64,000 nucleotides of DNA from NCBI GenBank assembly GCA_026023565.1, contig JAPETS010000061.1, forward strand, positions 1-64,000, in the 5' to 3' direction. This document shows, in pieces, positions 49,285-64,000 of the stretch; position 1 is the first letter of the stretch, and every line of letters begins with the position of its first letter. Source of the stretch: Cirrosporium novae-zelandiae. Taxonomy: Eukaryota. The notes below the pieces were generated by a model. It had not been told where the DNA came from, ran no database searches, and worked only from the letters and a program-made list of their open reading frames with translations. Made by a program: the position numbers and the translations under genes.

Positions 49285-50079
49285 ATGGCTGAAGAACCGA
49301 AACCTACTTTCCATCATTTGAGCGTAAGCTTTTCTGCTATTCCAATATCTCTTTCGCCTTGTTGAATATGTTGTATTGCCTCTGCTCATCTACGTACTTG
49401 ATAGAATTCTCAATCCCAACGTATTCTCTGGCTCCTAAGTGAACTCGGAATCGACTACAACCTCGTTCTTCACCAGCGTCAACCCTCAGGTCCAGAACGA
49501 GGCCGCGCACCCCCCGAACTCAAAGATGTCCATCCTCTGGGCAAAAGCCCAGTCCTTGTGACTTCTCAAGGAAGAGTCATCACTGAAAGCAGCGCCATCG
49601 CTAGCTATCTAATCGATACTTATGATACCTCAAAAAGGTTTAGAGGAGATGACAATGGGGGAAAAAATGACTGGATCCAGGATGAGATCTTGACAAGTTT
49701 CGCAGGAAGTAGTTTGGGACCCATGACAACAATACAAATCTTCTGCGACATCATAGTCCAGCACACACTATTTTTCCTACGGCCTGTGATGAGGTTGATG
49801 GTGTCTGGACTCTGGAGAGCATTTGTTGGGCCAGAGATGAAAAAGATGCTTACCTTTTTAAATGATGAGTTGGAAGGGCAGGAATATTTCATGGGAAAGC
49901 AGCCAGGGAGAGCAGATTTCATGCTTAGCTGGCCTTTGGATATGATTGCCCAGAGAAAATGGTTAGGAGATTTACAAGACTGGCCGAGGGTCAAGGAGTG
50001 GAGGGAACGGTGTCTCGCACGTGAGGGATGGAAAGAGGGAATGAGGAGAGGAAATAGTTATGATTTAACAAAGCTATAG
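49285..50079 (+). CDS. Glutathione S-transferase (GTT1-like)
   Basis: FHHLS-NSQSQRILWLLSELGIDY, RAPPELKDVHPLGKSPVL, ITESSAIASYL, ADFMLSWP; intron 49324-49404. Confidence 0.92.
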
Positions 50080-50755
50080 AGCCTTAAGGGGGCTGTAAAT
50101 GGGGTAATTGTAAGACGGTAACGGTGAAATGGGTAAGTGGTAAGGATTATTATTATGAATGACTTATTTGATTGCAGATAAATTAAAAAAGAACATGAGA
50201 AATATAAGAAAAGCTGTGATAAGATATAACATGGTATTTGTTGCAATAAAAGAATCAACCCAAGTGATAGCAAGAGATGGCGTGATATTTAGCGACAATA
50301 ATAGTGGATCTTAACCCCACAGGATCAATTATAGATTATACGTTGCCTCCTATTGTTATTACAACGTTGATTCGGAGTCTACAATATACTCGAGTACACA
50401 ATACTTGATGCTTGATAACCCCGCATTGTTCGGCGTGAATGGGGTTACCCCCGCCTCTATCACCGCTGACCCTGATGGACTTTTCTCATTATTCCGATTT
50501 TTGCTATCTGCTAGATATGTAGAGAGGAATAGTGTATTAGAGATGACGAATCTAAACGCCGATATGTGATAGACCATGATTCTGAGCAAATGAAAGACTT
50601 GAATTATCGCATCATATCGACTATGTATGTGTGCGCATTTGGCCCCACCGTCCTGGCAGCTTGTGCAATGCTCATGCATGCAGCATACTTTTTAGCTGAT
50701 TACCTATATCTACACGCAGTACCTCTGCTGTGATTTCGCTGTGACCCTGCTGTGA

Positions 50756-52760
<2,005 letters not shown>

Positions 52761-53180
52761 GTGGAAATGTATTGTTAATAATAATTAACAATTTTTATGA
52801 AATACGAGGTACGTGAAAATCGGCTACAGGTGATCCATTAACAAAAACCCTCGGTTGATTCAGAGTCCTGACACAGCCCTGACACATGATCCAGCCTATG
52901 TTTCTGCAACCACTGGCAAGTAGTTTAAAGATATGGTTATCAAGCTTCCCCTCAATGATCCACTTTGACTGGTAGGGAAATTTTAAGGATCATATTCCTT
53001 GTTCATTAACATATCGAGAACGAGCCTCAGCCGAATGGCATCTATATAGAAAACAATATCAAAGGGAGCCTTTCCTCTCCCGGAGATGCTTCTACTTTAC
53101 ATTGCTCCTATCTTCAATGTATGGTCTTTACTCTTTTAACTTGTATCTATTAAGTTATCCAGAATCTTTTAGCTTTTGCA

Positions 53181-55260
53181 ATGTCATATCGTTCCGTACC
53201 CTCTCTAGACCCAGATGAGTTCTCGGATACCACTCAGAGCCCTCCAAGGTATACCGGTGCCCCTGTCGGTGAAAATAGGTTTGAAGCCTGCGATACCAAC
53301 GAGAGGATCAGGTCAGAAAAAATATCGATATCCCATTCAGTCAACACGTCAAAATGGACAGTGGGATGGGAGACACCAGCGATCATGGTTACGTTCTATT
53401 TGTTTGGTATGGGTTCCTCTTGCAACACAGGTCTTGGCTGTTTGATACCAGCAGTCCAGCGGCCGCTATCGCCATCGCCCATCTGATCTTCCTCGATTAA
53501 CTTGACGGACAAGACGTCAAAAAAACAATCAGACAATCCAATGTCGCCACAATCTCCACTGCATTTGTCACCGTCTTCCGCATCAGCCTCGTCACATCCC
53601 TGACATACTCTTTCACCCAACTTCTATGGCAGAGACTCCGTTTCAGACCGATGAAGATTTCCACGATTGATTTGCTATTTTCAATCATCTCAAATCCGTT
53701 CAATCTAGCTTGTCCAGATATCATTATTAGTGCTCCGTTTTTATGCCTATGTGCCGTTGTTATCTGGTGTATTCCAATCGCAATGATATATCCTCCCGGA
53801 GCTTTGATAGTGGAGCCAAAATTGTCCCAGCAGCGATTGAACATGATGGTGCCATATTTCAACACGAATTTCCGAGGCAATGGGACTCTTCGGATTTGTA
53901 TAAACACGCTCTGTATACAGTCGACGATTTTGGAAACTATGTGTAAGTTCTACCTTTTTTTTTGTGAGATGAAAGCCCGTGTTGTAGATCAAGCGCACAC
54001 CCCTAATCCTCTCCTCACCATCCCAGAGCCCCTAAAGGCTATATATCGCGCCTCGGAAAACAAATCATCCTTTCAGGAACCTACCAAACCTAGTCGTCAC
54101 CCTGCGGGCAAAACTGTTCGTATACACTCGACATAAACGGCCCCGGATTCGAATGTGAAGAACGGGTCTACAGCGACATGGTCGCCCTCGTAAACCAGTC
54201 CTTCTCTACCATCTACAACCCCCTCCAATCGTCCTACCTAGGTAGTACCAACCAGGACCCCTTCTTCAAACCACTCTTCCTGGCAGCCGAAAACCGCACC
54301 ATCTGGCTGAAGGGGGGATTCTCCCGGTTCGAGCTCCAGTGGCGGAATCCAGACGAGCCGAATCTGCGGAATCTGAGCTGCGTAGCCCAAATGGCGTTGT
54401 ATAACATGAATATTTCATTTGAAAATAATGTACAAACAGTGACGGCGAGAAAGGTCTCGCGGCGCATGTTAAACAGCTGGGGCCTCTATAGCAATAATGA
54501 TATGATATCGCCGAACACGACGGAGCCGCTGTATGAATATGCCATCATGGGTTCGTCGATGAGTACGTTGGGGGTAAACATTAGTGATTACTACCAAAGG
54601 GCGAATACGGTGGTGCTGAAAGACGCAGTGGTGCTCGCATTGGCAGGTCTAGTCGGACAAAAAAGTACGTCCACCTCTCCATTTCCATGTCCCCCTGGAA
54701 CTCATATCGTCCCAACACGCGCTCACCATCACCCCCACAAAATAGCAACGCACCACGAACCGGTACTCAACACCCTAATCCAAGAATCCCACCTAACCCT
54801 CCCACCACAGTCATCCCAATCCCAATCCAACCCTCTCTTAAACTCCAACATCAACATAACCCCCACCACCCTCTCCTCCCTCCTCCAAAACCTAAAAATC
54901 TCCCTCCTAACCCTCAACCCCCCCACCACCCTCACTCCCACCCTGATTCCCATCCTAACCACCTCCTATAATCTCCACTACACCTTCACCAACCCTCCAA
55001 AGTTAATATTCCCCTACTTCACCTGCCTAACCGCCACCCTGCTAATCATGATTGCTGGTTTTCTCGCATTTCTGTTGGATAATTAATGGGGTCGAGGCTA
55101 GTTAGAATGGGGTTTTGTGGGTTTTCGTGCCCGAGTAGGGGAGTGGATAGGGTGGCGGTGGGGGGGAGGGAGAATGCACCAGGAAGGTTGAGGGTTTGGT
55201 TTGGGGAAGGGTGGGAGGAGGGATGGGGTGTTGAGGACGGGGTTTGAGACTTGTGGGTTA
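53181..55260 (+). pseudogene. Disrupted fungal membrane-protein gene (unknown family with SPCG.NCSY...GP...C motif)
   Basis: Spliced frame ...AHLIFLD* LDGQ... has in-frame TAA at 53498; ...GTYQT* SSPCGQNCSYTLDINGPGFEC has TAG at 54091; apparent frameshift and stops near 55070-55110 before the NGVEA and LRFG remnants. End coordinate approximate. Confidence 0.7.
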
Positions 55261-55959
55261 GACCCCTTTGAGGAGGGGGTTGAGGTATAGGAGTTGAGAA
55301 GAGAGAGAAAGAGAGAGACATTAGCTTTGATGAATAACCACAACAACAACAACCACGACAACGTCGAAATCCGGCTCGGTCGGTACTTTACTTATTAAAG
55401 GATCCCCTAATCAAACCAACAACAGCTCTCTAACCAACCAACACCAACACCAACACCTAATTCTACACATTATAATACACTACACAACACAACACGATAT
55501 AAACACGACAAACAGAATGCTTGTCTATCTGTTCATTCCCACCAAAACCCAGTTACACTCCCAGCTCCAATTCTCTTATACCCTTATTGAGTTATGTACT
55601 ACACTACACTACACACCATGCTTCCATATATATAGCATGCAATATTACTGTAGGGTTGGTTATTCAGTAAACACCCCACAGTCACCCGTTTTGATAACTC
55701 GATAATTATACTCAAGGATCAACTCCGAGTTCGTTTGTTGTTTTATTCTAATTGTCCAACTGTCTAACTGTCGTCTACTGACCTTGTCCATATATTCACT
55801 CTAGGTTAGTGATGTTATATTTAATTGATTGACTGATTGATTGTAAAGAATAAAAAATTAAAAATTAAAAATTAAAAAAAAAAAAAAGATCCTACATCTA
55901 CATCTACTCCCCTTCTCTTCTCCTATCCCTTATCCCTTATACACTCCTTCAATCCTTCA

Positions 55960-56536
55960 ATCCCTCAATCCCTCAATCCCTCAATCCCCAAACTCCCAGC
56001 TCCCAGCTCCCAGCTCCCAGCTCCCAGCCTCCCCTTAAAACTTGATTTCTTCTTCTTCTTCTTTTTCTTCTTCTCTTTATACCCCCCAGGTTTTAGAAAT
56101 TAAGAACAAACTTCCCAACTCTCCATCTATCCATCTATTCATCTATCCAATTCTATCTATCTATCTAGGGACGATTATATTATATTACATTAGTTATATA
56201 AAAAAAAATCCACACACACACACACACACATAAAGCAATTCAATTCGATTCAATTCAATTCGATTTTTCTTCACATCATCATCATCATCATTATTATCAT
56301 CACTAGGGTCATAAACTACTGCAGGGTTAACTAATTACAAAAGATCAACATGAACAACCCATCCCCCCCCCATGGATCCCAACTATCCCAACGATTCTAA
56401 TTAATTAGCAATAATTACTTTTCTCTTAGTTAGTTATCCTAGGTAGTTAAATTATCCTACCCTACCTACTTGCCAAGTATATAATGTCTGTAGGTCACAC
56501 ACGATTTATACACGATTTTAATTCTTAAGCTTTTCT

Positions 56537-56579
<43 letters not shown>

Positions 56580-56628
56580 AACTAATTATAATTATTACAT
56601 TATATTAATTGCTGGAACTCTTGGAGTT

Positions 56629-56662
<34 letters not shown>
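55960..56662. repeat. Microsatellite/minisatellite cluster: (TCAATCCC)n, (CTCCCAG)5, (CA)n, (CAT)n, (GTT)n, (GTA)n
   Basis: Directly visible tandem arrays in an AT-rich intergenic tract. Confidence 0.85.
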
Positions 56663-57251
56663 AGGGGTGGGTGGGTATGGTTATCGTTATTACGGTTATG
56701 TAATTTAGGTCTTGAGTAATTAGTTAATTAGTCTAGGAATGGTAATTAGAGGTGGAAATGGTAGAAGTGGTAGATAGAAGGAGGTCAGGAGGTGATTCTT
56801 TTTCTTTTTAGAGTTGGAATCTGAGTCGGAATCTGAGGGAGGATGGGGATGTATTGTATTTATATTGTGTGTATTGTACATGTAAGGAGAAGAAGTGGTA
56901 GTGCTTGCTGGTGTTTTATTACAGTAATAGTAATAGTAACACTAACTACGCAGGTAGGTACTGTACCTAGGTTATTTTTATTTTATTTTTCCCTTGTTTT
57001 ATGTCCATATGTCGTTCGAAAGCTATGACAGACAAAGTACATAGGTTATTAACCCACAAGTAAGTACCTCCCTAGGATCTAGGTGGATGGGTCTTGTATA
57101 ATAATATTTTGATAACGACGGTAATAACAATAACGATCTTACCCCCCGCGAGTCTGTTAATCCACATATATCTGGATAGATATTGAATGTATGGTGGTGG
57201 ATGGGGTAATTTAACTAAGAGGAAGGATCGCTAGGATCGCTGGGATAAGTC

Positions 57252-57596
57252 AGGTGTCGGGGGTGGTTCATGTTGATCTTTGTAACCCTGGTTGTGACCC
57301 TAGCTAGCGACGATGATGATGATTATGATGAATGATGTGCAGAAAGTCGATCATTTTCCGTAAAGACTTTTTGGACAGGGGATGGGAGATTGATTGAGAT
57401 GAAGGGTTAGGTGCCGGGAGTGATTCATGTCGATCTTTGTGACCCTGGTTGGTGGTTGTGGTTGTAACCTGATGATTATGATGATGTGCAGGGTCGAACA
57501 ATTGCCGTGAAGAATCTTGTTTTGTTTTGGACTTGGATTTGGACAAGGGGATGTGTGTCGATGGATGAAATATCCGAGGGAGATTTGATTGAAATA
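57252..57596 (+). repeat. Degenerate tandem duplication (~157-190 bp unit, two copies)
   Basis: AGGTGTCGGGGGTGGTTCATGTTGATCTTTGTAACCCTGGTTG (57252) vs AGGTGCCGGGAGTGATTCATGTCGATCTTTGTGACCCTGGTTG (57409); similarity continues through ATGATGTGCAG and GGGAGATT(T)GATTGA. Confidence 0.75.
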
Positions 57597-58233
57597 TTCT
57601 AAAAAATAGATAGATGTTTCATGAAGTGTTGAATGTTACGTACGTACGTATACACCTGTTTGAAGATTGAAGAACTTGGTATGAAACGTTTCAGTTGGTA
57701 TGACATATGATGAGGGATTATCCCTAAGCAACTAACTAACTGTTCCCTCACTACTACACACCCTCCTCCACTCCCTTGCCAATCCGACAATTCTTATTAC
57801 TGAACCAGACATTATATTTATCGGTACACCGTATAGGGGAGGGAGGTCAGGACCCCGTATTATTTATTTACACAAGAAGAAACATTGCAATATTCCTTAT
57901 TTCCACCACGCACGTAAAAAAGTAGTAAAAAGACATTTTCACCGCGCTGCAGGTGGGGGGTTTAATTTTTTCCATTATCATAAGATTGATTTCCATAGCA
58001 TGAGAATGTCTTCTTCGGGCCATCAAGGCTAGCTGAGGGGCATTTATTTGATTGATAAATGAAAAAAAAAGGAAAAGACAAGGTTCAACCTGTGTTTAGT
58101 TATTTCAAATTGTCATGATATTGGAGATTGTACAAGACGGGGTATTTAATGAGATTCCAACACTTCTTCTTCTGATCAGACATAGGCTGATAAACAAACT
58201 AGGTACAAATTGCTAGGGTAGCTGATGCGGAAT

Positions 58234-58970
58234 TTATAGCATCATTGCGGCAATTCCAACAGCGAAGAGACCAGCGGCTGGGATGGCCATGTGACCAGCG
58301 GCACCAGTGGCTGCAGCGGTGGAAGTTCCGGTAGCAGAGCCAGTGGCGGAAGCACTGGTCTGAAGAGTTGCTGGTACGCTCATGCTGATAGTGGGTTGGA
58401 TGATGGATGAGTTGCTGACGGCCATTCCAGTGCTAGCGACACCGGTTCCAGTGGCAGTAATGGTGCCAACAGCAGTGCCGGTAGATATGGCGGTCTTGGT
58501 GCTGCCAGTTGAGGAAGAAGCAGAAGAGCTTGAGGTCTCGTTGTACTTGTCGTTGGAGATACCGAATTGGGTGGAGTACTGGTAAGCACCGGTGTTCTCG
58601 ACAATGAGTTCAATGCCGTAGTGGGTGGTGTCAGGCTCGAGGCTGGTAGATGGGGTCCAGATATAAGAGCCAGAGTTCTCAATGTTCTCAACTATGGTAG
58701 CAATGGGCACGCAGTTGGTGGAAGGACCACGGAGGAGGAGGAGAGTGATGTTGTTGGCAGTCTCAGTAGCGGTCCAGGTGATGGTGTACTGTTCCAGTCA
58801 GTTTTGGGTCATCTGACCTCATCTTAGGATTCACTTACGGCAGCTCCAGCGGGGACAATGGCGTTCAATCCTGGTGCGTGGATAGGATTTCCCGTAGGAG
58901 AGTCACCCTTTGGCTGAGTATAGGAGAAAGCAGAGCCAGCAAGGGCGAGGAGAGCAAGAGTGAACTTCAT
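58234..58970 (-). CDS. GPI-anchored Ser/Thr-rich cell wall protein (Kre9/Knh1-like N-terminal domain)
   Basis: Signal peptide MKFTLALLALAGSAFS; GNPIHAPGLN..VPAG-YTITW, LLLLRGPSTN, NSGSYIWTP, YQYSTQFGI; S/T-rich stalk; hydrophobic C-terminal GPI signal; intron 58838-58789. Confidence 0.9.
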
Positions 58971-61364
58971 CTTGATTGTTATGATATATGTGAACGGGGG
59001 TGAGTGTTCTGATTGATTGATTGATTGATTGAAAGAGTGTTGAGATTTGTTTGATGCTAAAGAGCGACTGGAGTTGGATAATTTGAAAATGAAAGACTAT
59101 CAAGACAAGCTGTTGATGGATGAAAAAAAGAAGAGAAAGGAAAATGGAGAGATGGGATATGAAGGTAAATGAATGAATTGAATTCTATGAGAAGAGTTAG
59201 AGTGTTAGTGAGCGATAGGTAGTTTGAGCCTCATGGAGTCATGTCTATCACACAACTCGCTGAGGGGCGACCTTGACGGAAATTGGCGTCCGATAGTAAT
59301 TCTTACTTTTCCACTCCATCCTCTTAACTTGTCTGCCAAGGATAAATCAAGGTCGTATTAAATCCATCGCTTTGTTTTTTAATCATTTAAGCCTATTTTT
59401 AAGCCTCCCTCCCCCTATAGCGGATGTACCATTGAACACTAGTCTCGTGATGCGCATAGAATCTAGCAAGACGGCCCCTTTTCAACATATTTTTTCCATA
59501 GCCGTTGAAGGATTCTGTGAACCTTTAAAGAACCAAAAGGGATTGGAACAAGTTTAGTTAATTGGCGTTGGAACGGACAATTTGCTGGTGAGACGAAGTT
59601 GTCAGTTGGTACGGTTGAATTTTATGAAAGTAATTTACATTCAAATTGAGTTGTTGATTGATTGGCCTTTGTAGGTTGTGGTAACCGTATCCAGTTACAC
59701 CTCCGTGTTCCTGGATTAAAGTGATAAGGTTAATGAAACATATTTCCTGAGGCATCCAATTTATTCATCATAAGTATTATTTGAATTATTGAATATAAAG
59801 CCAGCCTTGACAGCTGCATCTCTGCTGCAATGCGCCAAGAAACAAGCTAAAATAGACTAGACTATTTATCTGCGTTATCTCCGATAACCCTTCCTCGGTT
59901 ATTCCACAGCTATTATACCATCTCGAAACGAATGTCATCTTTTTCTCCTTGTCTTCTAAAGAACCTGTTTTTCGGGTATGCTGCTTTTCGTGATTACCGG
60001 GTTACTGGGTAATGTTGCTGTGGATATTAAACATCTTCAAGATCCACCAGGACAAGCGAACATCAGCAGTATAGAGATAGCCTCTCAGTCTAAAAATCCA
60101 CGGTCTCTTCAACTAGCAGAGTCATGTTCGCATTTGAACATTACGATGATAGACATGTGTTTGGACGATCTTGCAATAGGAGCGATTCTGGATTTGTGCT
60201 ATCGAATTTCCTTTGTGCAGAAGATGTCCATGTGCATATCTAGCATATCTGGTACATGTACTGTACATTTCAGGCCTATTTAGGACACTCGTTAGTTCTC
60301 ATCATTAACATTTGGAATAGGCCCACCCAGTTCAAAGTACCTATTTGACAGCTCTTGGGACAGGATTTCCGACCCAAGACCAAACTGAGTTTGTAGCCAA
60401 TCCATTCCGCACCCAGACTTTGGTAATTAGCGAGTACACTGGTACAATTAGGTCACTGATACCAAAAAACATCAGATAATCAGTACGAGTTGATTTTCAT
60501 TACATTAGCTAAAATGAAAAGTTATGCTTGGTCTAGGGAGGAGAGCAACAGATGAAACGCATTGGCACACTGAATATAGTTATGCTGTCACATTCATAGC
60601 ATATCTCATACGAAAGGGTTAAGCATAAATAACTTATGAATGATTGCCGGATTTAAGAATGCAATGCATGGGCCACAAATCCCTCGGAACCAAGTTGTTG
60701 GGAATATTTCCCCAATCTTCGTTCCCAACCCCACTGAGCCTCTATCTATCAAGATAATAGCTCCCCCGACTCCATATGAGGTTGCACTATGAGCTAGATG
60801 GCTTTGAAATTGCTTTCGGCACTTTTTATCAAACACTTGATGAGAAAATGCCTCCCATGACTTCAGATAAGAAACAGCCATGGAAATCATACCTTCTTGG
60901 CTATCGACTCCGAGGATTGTCCCCACCATCAAAAACCATGCTTTTACTCGAGCACTACTCCTGTCCAATTTTCCATCAATACGTCCAGATTCGGTGGAGA
61001 AATATGCTCATATGTGTCAAACCAAAGACCGATAGATAAATCAAAATGTCATGTGTCATATATTGCAACTAATCACTCATAAATCATCAATGGTCAAATC
61101 CCCAGGATACCAAAGTTACCGACCTTTCAGCTGCCACCCCCGGGGGAGACAATTGGGCGGGCCGAACCGGTATGAAGTACCGAACATCACCCACTGTGCC
61201 ATTGTGCCATTGTGCCATTGTCAGTTGCTAGTTATCTACCTTAGGTGGTAGTTAAAAGAGAGCCCACTGCCTTTGTAAAAATTCCTACCTTAAACCCCCA
61301 ATCACCCCAATCATCTTGTTTGTCTTGAATTTCAAAAGCAGGGAAGAAAAGAAAAAATCCAATC

Positions 61365-62779
61365 ATGGCCTCCACACCATCTATTGATGATCTGGCGGAT
61401 CAAATATCTGCTTCAACCAAAATAATCTCCAACTTCCTCAAATCCAATAATCTCCCCCAGCTATCATTCGATAAAAATGCCCCGCTCGAGTTTCCCCATG
61501 CGCCCGAAGATATACTTGCCGCTCGTAGAAACCTACGAGAAGCTACCAAAACACTCTACGACCTCGCCACGGGTCCGAGTGAACATTTACGATGGTTGGC
61601 TTGTCATGTTTGTCGCCATAGCTCTCATTTATTCCATTGCTAACTAGACCCCAGTATCATGACATGAACAGTCTGAGATGGATTTACCACTTCAAAATTG
61701 CCGAAGCTGTACCTTTGGACCACGAAGTATCATTTGCAGAAGTTGCTGCCAAAGCCAAAGTAGATGAAGTTCAATGCCGTCGCATTATGCGACATGCCAT
61801 GACAAATAACATCTTCTATGAACCGAAACCAGGATTTGTTACTCACACTGCAGAATCAAGCTTGCTTGTCCGAAGCCCCTCTCTTGCGGCTTGGGTTGGC
61901 TATACCTGTGAAGACACTTTTCCAGCATCTGCCAAAATGGTCGAGGCAACCGAGAAATGGGGCGCCGGCGAAGAAAAAAATCAGACAGGATGGAATCTGG
62001 CCTTTAATACTGACTTGCCTCAATTCGAATATTTTGAACATCACAAGGACCGCATGGAACGATTTGCCAAAACAATGGAGGAAATGACAAGCACCGAAGG
62101 TTACAGTACCAAGCATCTTGCTAGTGGCTTCGATTGGGCAAAGGCCCAGGGTACCGTCGTTGATGTCAGTAGTATATTCCGAGAGCACCTAAACACATCT
62201 AATGAGCCGAGTTTAGGTTGGAGGTTCATTAGGTCATGCTAGTATTGCTATTGCAGAAAAAGCACCCGGCTTGAAGTTCATAGTCCAAGATCTTCCGAAT
62301 GTTATTGCCAGGGGGGAGAGTGCTCTCCCTAGTAACATGAAAGACAGAATTTCTTTCATGGCACACGACTTCTTCACCCCGCAACCTGTACAGGCCGAAT
62401 TTTACTTGTTGCGTTTCATTCTTCATGATTACCCAGACAAGCATTCTGTAAAGATTGTACAAAATCTGGTTTCCGCAATGAAAAAGGGAACACGCATCAT
62501 CGTGATGGACGGTGTTATGCCACCACCAAATACGATACCGAAAAGCGAAGAAAGGTTAACGCGGTAAGTTAATGCACGCCCACCTCAGGTGTCTTGGCTA
62601 TTCTAATTATTTCCAGCATAATGGATCTTGAGATGATGACAACTTTCAATTCACGGGAACGAGAGGTTGAGGACTGGGCTGCAATATTCGCAAAGGCGGA
62701 TCCAAGGTTGAAGTTACGCAACACAATAAGACCGCCAGGCAGTATCAACTCCGTCATGGAGGTGGTATTTGAAGAATAG
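61365..62779 (+). CDS. SAM-dependent O-methyltransferase (fungal secondary-metabolism type, Methyltransf_2)
   Basis: TVVD-VGGSLGH, FIVQDLP, MAHDFFTPQP, YLLRFILHDYPD, MDLEMMTTFNSRERE; introns 61608-61654, 62165-62216, 62564-62616. Confidence 0.93.
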
Positions 62780-63558
62780 GATGCCGATTCCTACACCCGA
62801 GTATTTTTGTTTAAATGTGGTATGTCCTACGGAGTTCATATTGTTGAATTTGCGCAAAATATTTAAATTAGATAGCAAAAACCTACAGAAGGCCAAACAC
62901 CCACCTGGGGAATTTTTCACATTACTTCCAAGGGGGTTTATCTATACTATGTACGATTATCGGCTTCGGTTTCTGTAAGGGTCAGCCCACAACCAAACTT
63001 TGAGGGAGGGGTGGTGATAAAAAACATCCAAACCGGCACTAACTCTACGCCTTTTCAAGTGAGATGCCTTTTATGGAATAGCACCAACGGCCATTTATCA
63101 GCCACGTGGAATTGCGCACATAATTTTTTTTATCGCGGATCTCACCTTACCTGCGGGCTTGAGCGCGCATCTCTGCAACCAATATTACTTCTCTGATGGC
63201 CATCTCGAAGGGCACTCATTATTTGCCCTTTTAGGTTTCTTCACCACCAAGTCAATTGTTTAAGCCAAGGAACAGCCGTTTGCGATGTCAGGAGATGTTC
63301 ACTAAATTTTTATTCCACCAGCTAGCTCGGATAACGGTGAAGTTAAACGGCACAAATTCCTAATGAACGCGGTGAGCGGAGTTTCCGAGTCCTAATGACT
63401 TGGAATTTGTAACTTCAGAGTTTCGGGGTGGCAGAAGTATTTACCCCGTCAGAAAGTAAAGTCCAGACTGGACCGGGTTCACGTGGATCTTTGATTAATG
63501 TAGTGACATCTCCCCAGATCTCCAAAACTTTGTCACTTTCTTTGTATCTATTGTGAAA

Positions 63559-63987
63559 ATGGCCGAGCAAAACGAGGAGGGCAATACGCCCATTGCGGTC
63601 CATACCTCTGATGAGGATTCCGCCTATGGCGATGACATGTCTGCAATCCCGACCGATATTGTTTTTATCGGCTTACAAATTTGTCAGGACCGATTATGCT
63701 GTCTCGCTAAGTTCAAGTGTACAAAACTATCAATGGGAACATGGCCGTCGCTATCATAGCTTTAGGGAAGGGGGTGTGTGATATCAACCTTTTATTTCTT
63801 TCGCAAGTGCTGACGGAGGTAGTCTATCAATTCCCAAATGATGAAAGGGAACAGGATCGCCTCGATATGGTCCACCATATGTTTAGATTGGCTATGAACG
63901 ACAAGCTTCACTTTGCCCCGCTCCCTCCAGATCCAGCCCGAATATTAGATGTTGGTACAGGAACCGGAATATGGGCGATGGAGATGG
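63559..63987 (+). CDS. LaeA-like SAM-dependent methyltransferase, 5' part (runs off window end)
   Basis: DSAYGDD, SLSSSVQNYQWEHGRRYHSFREG, YQFPNDEREQDRLDMVHH, KLHFAP, RILDVGTGTGIWAMEM; short introns; third intron begins ~63988. Confidence 0.88.
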
Positions 63988-64000
63988 GTTAGCATAGTCC

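Noticed and set aside
50277..50286. ATGGCGTGAT as a CYS3/MetR site upstream of the sulfatase
   Set aside because: Single imperfect match to ATGRYRYCAT; insufficient.
59900..61100. ORFs 59978-60283, 60606-60968 and 60776-61039 as genes or transposon relics
   Set aside because: No identifiable domain, terminal repeats or splice model; may be decayed coding DNA but unsupported.

Overview
Eukaryotic DNA from a filamentous ascomycete (Pezizomycotina-like): short GT-AG introns with CTRAC/CTAAC branch sites and microsatellite-rich intergenic tracts. The first ~7.9 kb has no recognisable gene. A housekeeping/developmental block follows: dynein light chain, MRD1 with a box C/D snoRNA candidate in intron 2, an AbaA-type TEA factor with clustered CATTCC sites upstream, and VPS28. 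Next come a CYP505 P450-reductase fusion, an apparently secreted amidohydrolase, NOC2, a GH18 chitinase with an inserted hevein domain and a DHCR24-like FAD oxidoreductase. An accessory-looking stretch then holds small orphan genes, a HET-domain gene, a PTH11-like receptor, an SDR, proline dehydrogenase, GST, arylsulfatase, a pseudogene, a GPI-anchored cell wall protein, an O-methyltransferase and a truncated LaeA-like methyltransferase. No rRNA, tRNA, CRISPR array or intact transposon was recognised. Gene models were spliced by eye and families assigned from remembered motifs, without database searches. No clearly new multi-gene system is proven. The best leads are the intronic snoRNA, the abaA autoregulatory site cluster, an orphan coiled-coil gene ending in WEIV with a downstream hairpin next to the HET gene, and a recurrent C-rich to G-rich strand switch.
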